Positions 25,692 to 37,345 of a stretch of DNA of 46,656 bases are shown piece by piece. The stretch comes from Octopus bimaculoides (Eukaryota), in NCBI RefSeq assembly GCF_001194135.2, contig NC_068997.1, positions 49,596,082 to 49,642,737 of the forward strand, in the 5' to 3' direction. The notes below the pieces were generated by a model. That model saw nothing but the letters and a program-made list of their open reading frames with translations, was not told the DNA's origin and ran no database searches. Position numbers and translations under genes: made by a program. Numbering within the stretch: the stretch's first letter is position 1; the number at the start of each line of letters is the position of its first letter.

Positions 25692-25815
25692 GTATTTCTT
25701 GAGAATTTAGGCTTCCCAAAACCAGAGAGGAGAAAGCTAATTAGAAGACTGCAGATACAAGCCATCAGTGGAACTGTAAGAATTTGTAAAACTCTCAAAA
25801 AGTTTAGCATTGTGA
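25692..25815 (+). mobile_element. 3' end of an RLE-type (R4/NeSL-like) non-LTR retrotransposon
   Basis: FLENLGF...LIRRLQIQAISGTVRICKTLKKF resembles the C-terminal motif of these ORFs (from recall, not searched). Confidence 0.5.
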
Positions 25816-26636
25816 CCAGCGATGTCTAACAACACACGTTAATCTAGTCGATAATGTGATGCCGTTATATATAAATGTATGTATGTATGTATGTATGTAT
25901 GTATGTTCGTCCGGAGATGAATGTTCACAACGTGGCGACAAGGCAAAACGAGAATGAGTTCAAGCCTCGGGAAAAAAATTGAATATATTCAGAGTATGTT
26001 TGTGTGTAGAAACGTGAAACAATACTCAATACTTGATAGAGTTTATTCATTCGTTCGAAATTCCTTATTCATTCCATTTCAGCCCACGAGAAACTCGGAG
26101 TGATGTTGAAGTAAATCATCAGTTTCAATCGAGCACACACACACAAATACGTGGTGTGTGTGTGAGAGAGAGAGTGCGTTTCAGTGTAGCGATCAGCAGT
26201 TTTCAGCAATACAAAGATATGGATGTAAATAGCTAGAGAGAGATGTTGCGCGAAAGTGGAACACATGAGTGTGAGGTGAGAAAAGATTTAATTGGCTGAG
26301 ATAAAATCAGAAAGACATACAGACACTGACCTGTAGATCGTAGTACATAGATGCACATCTATATAACCATAAAATAATGCATAACTACATACATACATAC
26401 ATACATACATACATACATACAAACACACATGTATATATATATATATATATATATATTCACTTCAAACACGTATATTTATACATATATGTGCGTGTAAATT
26501 TCTGTCGATTCAACAGGAAGCAATATGTGTGTGCTTATGTGGGTGTATGTGTGTGAGTATGTGCATGTGCACGTGTGTGTGTGTATATTTATGTCTATAT
26601 TATGCATGTATTTACGCATGTAAATGTGTGTGCGTG

Positions 26637-26680
<44 letters not shown>

Positions 26681-26751
26681 CATACATGCATATAAACATA
26701 CACACACATGTATATACATATATATATATATATAAATATATATATACATAT

Positions 26752-26792
<41 letters not shown>

Positions 26793-27257
26793 ACATATAT
26801 CTATATATACATATGCAGGTATACAAGTATATATATATATATATATATATAATATATGTATGTATGTGTATAGTTATGCGCATACCTATATACACAGACA
26901 TTATAGAAATGCACGCACACACCTTGTAGAAACGCAGAAATGACGCTAAAAAACATTTCGAGGTAACCTTTGTCATTCGAACCTTAATAGTTTAGGTGTC
27001 CGTTTACTAAGACTGATTCATCACATAACTTTGAAAAACAAACTTGGCATGACATAACATTTACTAAGTGCAAGACTGTAAGTCTAAACTAATCGATCAT
27101 ATTCTGTAAGGCCAAATTAAATTGTTTCTTTTAGTCCAACTAGTTATTTATTATTATTTTTTCTTGAGCCCTAGCACACTCAAAGTATGTGGCCCCTTTC
27201 CACGTACATATGGCCGAAATCAGAACATTCACTACCAAAGGGACGCCTATCTGTTGT

Positions 27258-27650
27258 AGGGATCAAGGCCTCCAATTTTGATGAGAGGCAGAACAAGTCG
27301 ATTGCATCGAACTTCAGTACTTGACTAGTATTTTATTTTATCGTCCCCGAAAGAATAAAAGGCAATATTGACCTCGGCCTGATTTGAACTCGGAGCGTAA
27401 GGATGTAGAAGGAATGCCGTTAAGCATTTTGTTCGACGTTGCTAACGATTCTTTTCTACTCTAGGCACAAGGCCTGAAATATTTGGGGATGGGGCTAGTC
27501 GATTACATCGACCCAGTACACAACTAACTGGTACCTAATTAATCGACCCCGAAAGGATGAAAGGCAAAGTCGAACTCGGAAGGTAGTGGTGGACGAAATA
27601 CCGCGAAGCGTTTCGTCCGGCGTGCTAACGATTCTGCCAGCTCACCGCCT
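27258..27650 (-). mobile_element. Two fused SINE family A copies, junction ~27450
   Basis: A degenerate copy at 27258-27452 runs directly into the tail of a second copy at 27451-27650. Only one head is present. Confidence 0.85.
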
Positions 27651-28462
27651 TTGTTCCGACTAAATTCTACTATTTACCATGGCGTAACTTAAAACTTGAC
27701 CATCCCATTGGGTAAGACCAAACTGAACAATTGCATTGTGGGACATTCATCTGTCAAGAGATGCTGGTATGAATGTGTGATTAAGAAGCTCGCTTGCAAA
27801 TCTCGTGGTTCCAGGTACGGTCTGTGTGTGTGCGTGTGCGTGCGTGCGTGCGTGCGTGCGTGTGTGTGTGTGTGTACAGTGATGGATTCGAGGGTTTCGT
27901 TTATTTACGAGTTGATTTCTTAATTTCACCGGAATATAATGGTGATACTTAAAAAAGATCAGCGATTTATTATAACATCTGGTCGATCACATAATGATGT
28001 GATATCCAATCAGTTGCCCCCTTTTATTAATATCACAACCTATTCTATGCGTGTCTTCCGCAGCAAACTCCGTTCTGTTGTTATCAGTGAAGCCGAAACT
28101 TGCTCCCGTCTGTTCATTAACGATGAAGACCCTGAAATGGGGTCATGACGATGCTCTTTTCTCTTCTACTAAGCGAAGTAAATAAAAAAAAATCTTCATC
28201 CCTTGACATTTATGTAGAGATAGGGTGTTGTCTATTCAATGTAAAATTGTGGTGGTGGGGGTAAATAATGTTATAATAATGTTATAATTATTTCTGATCT
28301 GTGGTGGTCGTCGTGGTGGTGGAGTGACATTGAGCTAAGATATTTACGACATTCATTTCACCATGACATTTGCACCTCATATTTCTAGCATTACAACATA
28401 TATTTCATGGTAACATTCATTCATAGACATCATAAATGCATTTAATATTTCAACAGTAAAAT

Positions 28463-28548
28463 GCGACGAGCTGGCAGAACTCAAAACGTAAAGACGGACG
28501 AGATGCCGCTAAGCATTTAATCCGGCCGTGCTAACGATTCTGTCAGCC
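28463..28548. mobile_element. SINE family A head with internal inversion
   Basis: GCGACGAGCTGGCAGAA (+) is followed by the reverse-complemented head ending TTCTGTCAGC. Confidence 0.7.
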
Positions 28549-28604
28549 TGATGCTTTACAACAACAAATACACAATTGGTATCCAGTTGCAATATATTCT
28601 TTTT

Positions 28605-28800
28605 TTTTTAACCCTGCGCGAGCAAACGAAAGCATGGTATTGTAATAACTCGTCATTGTCTGTCTGTGTTTTTGCAAAATTACTGGAAAACGGCTGAACG
28701 AATTTTCACCTCATTTGGTAGAAATACTCATTGGGTGAGAGGCTCGAAATGATGAACAAAATTTTACATCGAACTAACAAATTTCCCGATAAGCAAGTAG
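28605..28800 (+). mobile_element. Possible Helentron/HINE-like non-autonomous fragment
   Basis: T-run then ACCCTGCGCGAG, (GTCT) microsatellite and AAAACGGCTGAACGAATTTT, typical of DINE/HINE-like repeats (from recall). Confidence 0.4.
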
Positions 28801-28920
28801 TCATATTATTTTGTTCACTTTCTTTTACATATGAATCGACCCTCGCCTGCGTGTGTATGGATCATGGAGTACCTATGCGCGTAGATACATTCATACATGA
28901 ATATATACATAGATATGCGA

Positions 28921-28976
<56 letters not shown>

Positions 28977-29658
28977 AGTGATGGATTCGAGGGCTTCACC
29001 GGAGTATACATACTTATAATGTTAATACTTAGAAAAGAAATAAAGAAAGCTTAATTTAGTTCCATCAAAAATCATAGATAACCAACGCATTGCAAGCCAC
29101 ACTATAGTTTGCGAAAAAAAAAAATAATCTGCACGCAGGGTATGCATCGCCCCTCCGATACCTTTTGTTTTTCATTGTTTTTAAATAAAACTACTACATA
29201 CTTACGGTACATATTGCTCGACAACACACGCAACTAACACACAGTTATGACATCATTTTCACAATACTATGTATCTTATAGTTACGACATATACAAAATT
29301 AACCAACTTCACAACATACGGATGCCATAGTGTTAAACACTTTCGATATGCAAATTAAGGACCCCTTCATAGAGTAACTGCTGCATTTGCTGAGTATATA
29401 AACAGTTTGGCTGATTGTTTCTCTGGAGACTGTCAGAATAATGTGGACGCCTCTGATGGGAACCCAATAAGGTTCAAAAATCGATTAAGGGTGTTCTAAA
29501 TTTTTTTTTCAGTCTGTGGAGAAATATCTAAAATTTGCCCTGTTTATAATTATACCATATGTTAAACATTGTATTAATATTCGTATTGTAAAATAATACG
29601 ACACGTATTTACACTGCAATCCAACTGTCAGTATTAAATCTACAATTCTTTCTTTCAG

Positions 29659-29733
29659 TTCCAATCAGACGAGATAAACCCCGAAGTGATATCGATCCAT
29701 CGATTGTGTATTCCAACAGGAAATCAAAACAGA
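29659..29733 (+). CDS. Linker exon between VWA1 and VWA2 (V-PIRRDKPRSDIDPSIVYSNRKSKQ)
   Basis: TTCTTTCTTTCAG| acceptor and A|GTAAGA donor; 75 nt, phase 1-1, open in the frame the VWA exons require. Confidence 0.7.
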
Positions 29734-30554
29734 GTAAGACTTTACATTTATACCCAGCACCGCTGATGAACCCCACTCAACGAGAACGCATTAAAAAAAT
29801 ATATTATTTAATAACGACAAAAACAGTATTAATCCCTAAAGGTAGTCTTCATCTCCAACTTAACGTAGAGGCTTTGTTAGAACACAAAATCCTGCGTTAT
29901 TTACCTCGAGAGAAAATATCTCGTGGTGCATTGAAGCACGCAGAATTATATCGAAATTATTTCGTATATAATTTCGAGTGCTTTTATGCGCCACGAGTCC
30001 TTTTCAGAGTTTCTCTCAAACAAAATAACGCAGAACTCTTTGTTCTAACACAGCCGCCATGTTATGCTGGAGATCAAGATTACGTTTCTTTTTATTGTGT
30101 TTATCTACGCGAATGTTTTATCTACACCATTTGTGTCAATGCTTCACTTCCTACACTTGCTTTATTCCTTTGGTTTATTCGCTTTAATTTACTTTATACT
30201 TTTGCTTTGGTTTGTCAACTATTAGGACTGTATTTGTTGTGTTGCCTTTAGCCGTCAACTCCTTGTGGAATCGTAGAGACGCCGACATGAAATACGATGT
30301 ATCTAGGCTTGACGGGGCCCATCCCTAACCAGATCTGACCACAGTCGACTTCTTCCAGAGAAGGAGATCTAACAGACAAACAGGAAGTAAGAGAGACGCA
30401 GGGGTGAATCGACTTTGCCTTTTCATCTTCTCAGTGTCTATGAAACAAAGAACTAGTCAAGTAGTGGGGTCGATGGTACCGACTGACCACCTCCCACGAA
30501 ATTTGCTGGCCTTTGGCCAACATTTCAAACCTCGTTATGATGATTATAGAATCG

Positions 30555-30755
30555 CTGTCACGTCGGGGAAAATGCTAAGTGGCATTTCGTCCGTCTTTAC
30601 GTTCTGAGTCCAGAAACCGCCGAGGCCGAGTTAGCCTTTCATCTTTTCGGAGTTGATTAAATAAATGCCAGTCGAGTACTAATGTCGATGTAATCAATTT
30701 ACCCTCGCCCTCACACGTAATTGCTGGGCTTGTGCCAAGATTTGAAATCATCATT
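30555..30755 (+). mobile_element. SINE family A, degenerate
   Basis: GCATTTCGTCCGTCTTTACGTTCTGAG..CCGCCGAGG..GCCTTTCATC..TTGTGCCAAGATTTGAAATC. Confidence 0.8.
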
Positions 30756-30934
30756 GTTAACTTTTACGTTATTACTTCTTTGTTTCGTATGAGGTGCTGT
30801 TCCAAAGCTTACCCAAAGACTTCGAGTAACAGCAAGTTGGACATTTTACTATGGCTGTTATTTATGATTAGCAATATATATACTGTACAGGAAGGAGAAC
30901 AGAATCTTGCAGCTAAGATTCTGGTAACGAATCC

Positions 30935-31013
<79 letters not shown>

Positions 31014-31052
31014 TATTATTATTATTATTACTATTATTATTATTATTATTAT

Positions 31053-31096
<44 letters not shown>
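30935..31096. repeat. (ATT)n-(ACT)n microsatellite
   Basis: Directly visible. Confidence 0.95.
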
Positions 31097-31097
31097 A

Positions 31098-31299
31098 AGC
31101 GGCGAGCAAAGACCTGGGTTTTGTAGACATGCTAATTATGATAATACTTAGCGTTATTTCGCCCGTCGCTACGTTCTGAGTTCAGATTCCGCCGAGGTCA
31201 ACTCCACATTCGGAGTCTATAAAATAAGTGCCAGTTGAACACTGGAGTAGATGTAATCGACTTTATCTCCTCCCCTAAAATGGCTGTCCTTGTGACAGC

Positions 31300-31300
<1 letters not shown>
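31098..31300 (+). mobile_element. SINE family A with a foreign 41-bp patch in its head
   Basis: GCGGCGAGC, then the patch, then CTTAGCGTTATTTCG and a normal body. Confidence 0.8.
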
Positions 31301-31335
<35 letters not shown>

Positions 31336-31479
31336 CATTATTATTAAGCTAGTACATGCTAGATGTTACTGCTGTCTATTTTCATGCTATTCGTACTTAT
31401 TTTGGGGCATAGTGTTATATTTTGCCTGCTTGTAGGTCGTGAGTGTATACATGTACGTATGTGCACATATATACATACA

Positions 31480-31524
<45 letters not shown>

Positions 31525-32019
31525 GCACACAAAGGTGAAGATAGAGAGATATAACTTCCGTTGTTTAGCTAGTAATTCGACTGGTCGGCTGTTTGGCTTG
31601 TCGGCTCGTTGAAACGGTCGGCTGTTCTCATTTGCAGTTTCCTTTTCATATTTGCAGCAGAAAATAATCTTCATTTTTTTTTATTGTTGCCTTACTTTTT
31701 GTCTGTTTGTTTTGCGTTGTTGCTTTATTTTTTTTATTTTTCTGTTTTATTTTTTATTTTCAGTTTCACTTTCTTCCTTTTTTTTTTCTTTTGTTTGTTT
31801 GTTTGCTTTTAATCAGCAAATCTTAATTACAGCTAAGGAATGGCTTGGAGATAATTAACTATAATGTAGCACAAATGAATGCCAAGACTGCATCTTTTTG
31901 TGTTTTTGACTCCGTTTTCTTTATCAATGAAATTATGTATAAACACGCCATTGCAAGAAATATGAAGGCGAAATGCAAAGACCTGGGTTTTGTAGACATG
32001 CTAATTATGATAATAATAA

Positions 32020-32790
32020 TGGTTTCAAGTTTTACCACAAAAGCAACAATTTTGAGGGAAGATGAGTCGATTACATCGACATCAAATACGAAACTGGTAC
32101 TTAGTTTTTCGAACCTGAAAGGTAAAGTCGACCTCGGCGGAATTTGAACTCATAACATAATGATGGACGAAATGCCGCTAAGCATTTCGTCCAGCGTGAT
32201 AACGATTCTGTCAGCTCACCGCCAATAATAATAATAATAATGATGGTTTCAAACTTGGGAAAGGGGATTAAGTCGGTTACGTCGACCCCAGTGTTCAGCT
32301 GGTACTTATTTAATTGACCCCGAAAGGATGATAAGCAAAGTTGAGTTCGGCTAGCTAAGCATTTCGCCCGGCGTGCTAACGTTTCTTATTTCTTTACTGC
32401 CCACAAGGGGCTACATACAGAGGGGACAAACAAGGACAGACAAACGGATTAAGTCGATTGTATCGACCCCAGTGCGTAACTGGTACTTATTTAATCGACC
32501 CCGAAAGGATCAAAGGTAAAGTCGACCTCAGCGGAATTTGAACTCAGAACGTAGCGGCAGACGAAATAGTGCCAAGTATTTCGCCCGGCGGGCTAACGTT
32601 TCTGCCAGCTCGTCGCCTTAATGATAATAATAATCCTTTCTACTACAGGCACAAGGACTGAAATTTNNNNNNNNNNNNNNNNNNNNNNNNNNNNNNNNNN
32701 NNNNNNNNNNNNNNNNNNNNNNNNNNNNNNNNNNNNNNNNNNNNNNNNNNNNNNNNAAATCGACCCCAGTATTTCACTGGTACATAAGAT
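32020..32790 (-). mobile_element. Tandem run of four SINE family A copies
   Basis: Copies at ~32020-32223, 32241-32386, 32387-32620 and 32631-32790 (the last is gapped). Confidence 0.85.
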
Positions 32791-32960
32791 AATTGTTTAT
32801 TAATACGCCAACTCATTTTCTTATGATATATTACCTTCTCATCTGTATAATATATATATATAAAACCAAGCTAAGGACCTATAATCCATTAAGGGATGTT
32901 TGGAATATCTTTGAATAAACTGATGTCTATACGTCAATTTCTTCATTTTCTTTTTTCTCA

Positions 32961-32996
<36 letters not shown>

Positions 32997-33504
32997 TTAT
33001 GTGGAGTCATACCTCCAGGCATTGGCGATTACAGTTCCCTCCCTTCCCCATTGTCGCAACCCATCCACACAACTAAACACGTTACTGGGTCACTTTTTGC
33101 TGAAACCACCTGATGAGGCCATCGAGTATTTTCTCTTTCTGCCTTCCTTCGTTTCTTCTTTACATTTTCCCAGATAATCACCAAGTGCACAACGCTTTGT
33201 TTTCTTCTCATATGTTCTCCAATGAACTTAAGCTATTGTCTCCTTCTGTTGTTCTAAACAATGCGCACCATAATTATCATCATCATTATTATTAATGGTT
33301 ACGAGCTGGCAGAACTGTTATCACGCCGGACAAAATGTTTAGCGGCGTTTCTTCCGGCTCTTTACGTTCTGAGTTGAAATTGCCATTCATCCTTTCGTTC
33401 GGAGTCGACAAAATAAGTTGAGTTCTGAGTCAATGTAATCGACTTACCTCTCCGGCCAAGATTGCTGTTTTGTGCCGAAATTTTGAAATCATTATTATCA
33501 TTAA

Positions 33505-33721
33505 CCCTTTGAGCCCTGACTTCTGGAACCGTATTTGACCATATACCTGGCTTCCTGAGCAAAATAAGCTGAAAATTGGATTAGTATCAATTACAGCATT
33601 CTGATCGGATAAAAATAAATCGTCGTACTTTAGTGCAGGTGCACTCCACCGGTAGAATCGTGCTATGGTATAGAGAAAAATCAGCCATCCGCTGGTAAAC
33701 TGGTGTTACGAGCTCAAAGGG
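33505..33721. mobile_element. piggyBac-type MITE, 217 bp
   Basis: TTAA|CCCTTTGAGC ... GCTCAAAGGG|TTAA: perfect 10-bp TIR with TTAA TSD. Confidence 0.9.
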
Positions 33722-34126
33722 TTAAGATGGTGAGCTGGCAAAACCGTTAGCGTACCTGGCTTATCGGCATTTCGTCTGCCTTTATGTTCTGAGTACAAAT
33801 TCTGACCTTTTGTCATTTCGGTTCGATTGAATAAGGTACCAGATAAGTACTGAGGTCGATGTCATCGACTTACCTCCTCCCCCAATATTTCAGAGCTTTT
33901 GCCAAATTTTGAACTCATCATAGCAAAAAGGTAGCGAGCTGGAAGAACCGTTAACATGCCGGGCAAACTGCTTAGCGGCGTTTCTTCCGAGTTCAAATTC
34001 CTTCGAGATCGACTTTACCTTTCATCTTTTTGAGGTCGATAAAATAAGTACCAGTCAATAACTGGAGTGGATGCACTTGACTAGTCCCGCCCCTCCCCCA
34101 ATATTTCAGGCCTTGTACGAATAGTA

Positions 34127-34616
34127 CAGGGTGTTCAAAAAGTCTCTTCGCAGTGAAGTTTTTTAGAAGAGTCAACTTATGCATTTTAGAAGAGTCAACT
34201 TTTTTTAGAGGAATCAACTTNNNNNNNNNNNNNNNNNNNNNNNNNNNNNNNNNNNNNNNNNNNNNNNNNNNNNNNNNNNNNNNNNNNNNNNNNNNNNNNN
34301 NNNNNNNNNNNNNNNNNNNNNNNNNNNNNNNNNNNNNNNNNNNNNNNNNNNNNNNNNNNNNNNNNNNNNNNNNNNNNNNNNNNNNNNNNNNNNNNNNNNN
34401 NNNNNNNNNNNNNNNNNNNNNNNNNNNNNNNNNNNNNNNNNNNNNNNNNNNNNNNNNNNNNNNNNNNNNNNNNNNNNNNNNNNNNNNNNNNNNNNNNNNN
34501 TAAAGTTTTTTATAGTCTTGTAAAGTGCAATATATTCTTTTTTAGTCTTATACCATCTTATAAATATTTATTTTGCAATAAAATACTTACTGCGGCGAGA
34601 CTTCTTGAACACCCTA
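34127..34616. mobile_element. Tc1/mariner-type MITE inserted in a SINE tail
   Basis: TA|CAGGGTGTTCAAAAAGTCTC..GCAGT and ACTGC..GAGACTTCTTGAACACCCTA. The SINE tail is interrupted at a TA and resumes as GAAAGAATTATT. Confidence 0.85.
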
Positions 34617-35544
34617 TGGAAAGAATTATTATTCAGGCCGCGAGCTGATGGAATTGTTAGCACGTCAAATAAATATGCTTAACGGCTTTTTTTCTGCGTT
34701 TTTTACTTTCTCAGTTCAAATTCCGCGGAGGTCAACTTTGCTTTTCATTCTTCAGAGTCGATAAAATAAGTACCTGCTGCGTACTGGGGACCCGATGTAA
34801 TCGACTGGCATCCTCCCCTTAAAAATTTCTGACCATGTGCCTTAACTGGAAGCAGTTTTTTATTAGTTATTACAAATACAAATTTCAAATATGGCGAGGG
34901 TGATTACAGAATAGGATATGGGGGAAACAAAAAGCCATGAAAAACAACAAAAAGCCATGAAAAACAACAAAATAAAAACGAACAGGATTTCTGAATGACA
35001 AACGTCTCGCAATAGAGGGGATGGGCGTTTAACCTCCTGGGGCCAACCAGGAAATCCCACGTATCTCCACCTTCTCTGGATTACTCTTACTGCCAAAAGA
35101 TTTAATAATATATATTAACAGCATGCCTTGTATAGAACCTTCCCGCCTTCCATCTTCTTTTAATTCTATAATTCCAGCCTTGCTTTTTAATTCTTTTTGG
35201 GTGCTACTGTCATGTCCGTATATTTTATCTATTTATTTATTCATTCATTTATTTGTTATATTTTGTCTATCTATAACACTGTTTTCTTTATTTAAATGAC
35301 ACGTGTTGATCTTCATTAAGATATATTGATGTACATCTTTGATATGTGACTGTCGTTGGTATATTTATGTATGTGCATAAAGCTTATTTATTTGCTTGTT
35401 TATATATTTTTTATTTTGCATTTATTAATTCTGTTTTTGTACCGTCTATCTCTCTGTATTTGTGTGTATTTGTGTTTATGTGCACGTATGTATGTTCTGT
35501 GAACGTTTATATATGTACTACATATGGTTTGTCCACTCACCGAC

Positions 35545-35815
35545 GTACGTTCCCCTGACTAACGTTTGTATATTTTATCATCAATTCGGGTATGTGTGTT
35601 CCGTTAACGCATCTATGTTTCTCATACTAACACACGAGTGTTTCTATTCCGTTAATTTACACATGTGGTTTCTTTTAACACACGTGCGTGTCCTGTTAAC
35701 ACATGTGTATTCGGTTAATACACATATGTGCGTTCTGTTAACTCGTGTATGTATGTTCTTTTAACAGGCGTGTTCTGTAAACACGCGTAGGTTATGTTCT
35801 GTTAACATTTTTGTG
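35545..35815. repeat. Degenerate ~21-bp minisatellite (GTTCTGTTAACACACGTGT-like)
   Basis: Recurring GTTAAC/TTAACAC and CACGTG/CACATG words at ~20-bp spacing. Confidence 0.7.
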
Positions 35816-36073
35816 TGTGTGTGTGTTTTTAAACAGACATATACGTTCTTATTAATTCATAAACCGTAAAAAGACGGTAAACATAAACGCAGGTGAAAGA
35901 AGAGAAATGTTGACCTTTGTGCATTCGGTTACCTGGCGTTATATATCGGTCTTGATGCATATTTTCATGTATGTCTCGTACATATACATGCGTGGGTTTA
36001 TATGCATAAGTGTGTATGTGTATCTGTGTGTGCTTAATGCATAAATGTTTAAGTGATTGTATTACATTTGCAG

Positions 36074-36091
36074 GAACTAACGCAGAGCCTG
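36074..36091 (+). CDS. Candidate 18-nt linker microexon (R-TNAEP-E)
   Basis: ATTACATTTGCAG| acceptor and G|GTACAT donor; phase 1-1. Gives ...KQRTNAEPECGGKPAD. Confidence 0.45.
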
Positions 36092-37311
36092 GTACATGTT
36101 TATCAATATTTAGTAACTGATCTGTTGAACTCGTACCATGGTTTCATGGTTTCATGAAACTCATACCATGGTTTCTTGTCTGCGACCTGTATATGGCGAT
36201 CGTCAGACGATTACTTCTCTTTCCCACCTGGTCGTGTGAAACCACAGTATGGATGCTAACAGCAGTATAGTCCTTAAATATGAATACACTCACGTACTAT
36301 ATATATACATATATATANNNNNNNNNNNNNNNNNNNNNNNNNNNNNNNNNNNNNNNNNNNNNNNNNNNNNNNNNNNNNNNNNNNNNNNNNNNNNNNNNNN
36401 NNNNNNNNNNNNNNNNNNNNNNNNNNNNNNNNNNNNNNNNNNNNNNNNNNNNNNNNNNNNNNNNNNNNNNNNNNNNNNNNNNNNNNNNATATAAATGTGT
36501 GTGCGTTTGTGTGTATGTGTGTGTGGTCCTGTGCATACAAGTATGCATTCATACGTCCGTATATGCATGTTGGTATGTGCCTGTGAGTGTGTGTATGTAT
36601 GTGTGTGTGTGTGTGTGTGATTGCGTGTGTGTATGTTTGTGTGTATGTGTGTGTTTTGACATCGCTGCATCTGTTCTGATGTCTATATATGTGTAAAGAA
36701 GATACAGAGATAATATATCCGGAACGTTAAAAAAAAGACAAAAGGCACACAAAAAAAAGTACTTTAAAAAGATCCTATGTGTAAAACAAAAGTCACATTT
36801 CCTCTATTTTTCTTCTGACCTTTGAATTTACAACATCCCCGAAATTTTTCCTCAAGTTCCCTCTCCCTTTTTATTCCAAACCGATCCTACCTCTCTAACA
36901 ACCTTTATAAAAACTAGTAACTTTTACTTGCTAAGGTTACGTCATAGGGTAACCACGACCACTTCTCACTCTAACGCTTCTATTATATCATGTCACTTCT
37001 TTAAACAAATTAATTGTTAGTGCACCGGGCGCTTCAAAATCCTCTCTGTGTGACCTCCCTACTCTAATAAATTAAACCATTGTACCCGTAGCTACTTCAT
37101 CTTAGACTCACTAAAATGTCACTTCTTTTTCCATTTGTATTTCTCATGTACTCACCGACACCAATTTAGAAACTTAACTTGGCTTCACCCTCACTTCGCA
37201 TTAATAATGTAGAGACAAACACATATATGTATATATATGTGTGTATGTGTAAGAGACAATGTTTGTCGTTCTCATGGATGGACTTCCTTTTCGATCTCAA
37301 ATAAATGGTTG

Positions 37312-37345
<34 letters not shown>

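Larger units (their letters stand above)
33295..34855 (+). mobile_element. Tandem run of four SINE family A copies interleaved with two MITEs
   Basis: Heads GAGCTGGCAG/GAGCTGG at ~33302, 33732, 33938 and 34642. Confidence 0.85.

Noticed and set aside
32020-34855. CRISPR-like repeat-spacer array
   Set aside because: Units are ~200-bp diverged SINEs of mixed orientation in eukaryotic DNA, with no cas genes.
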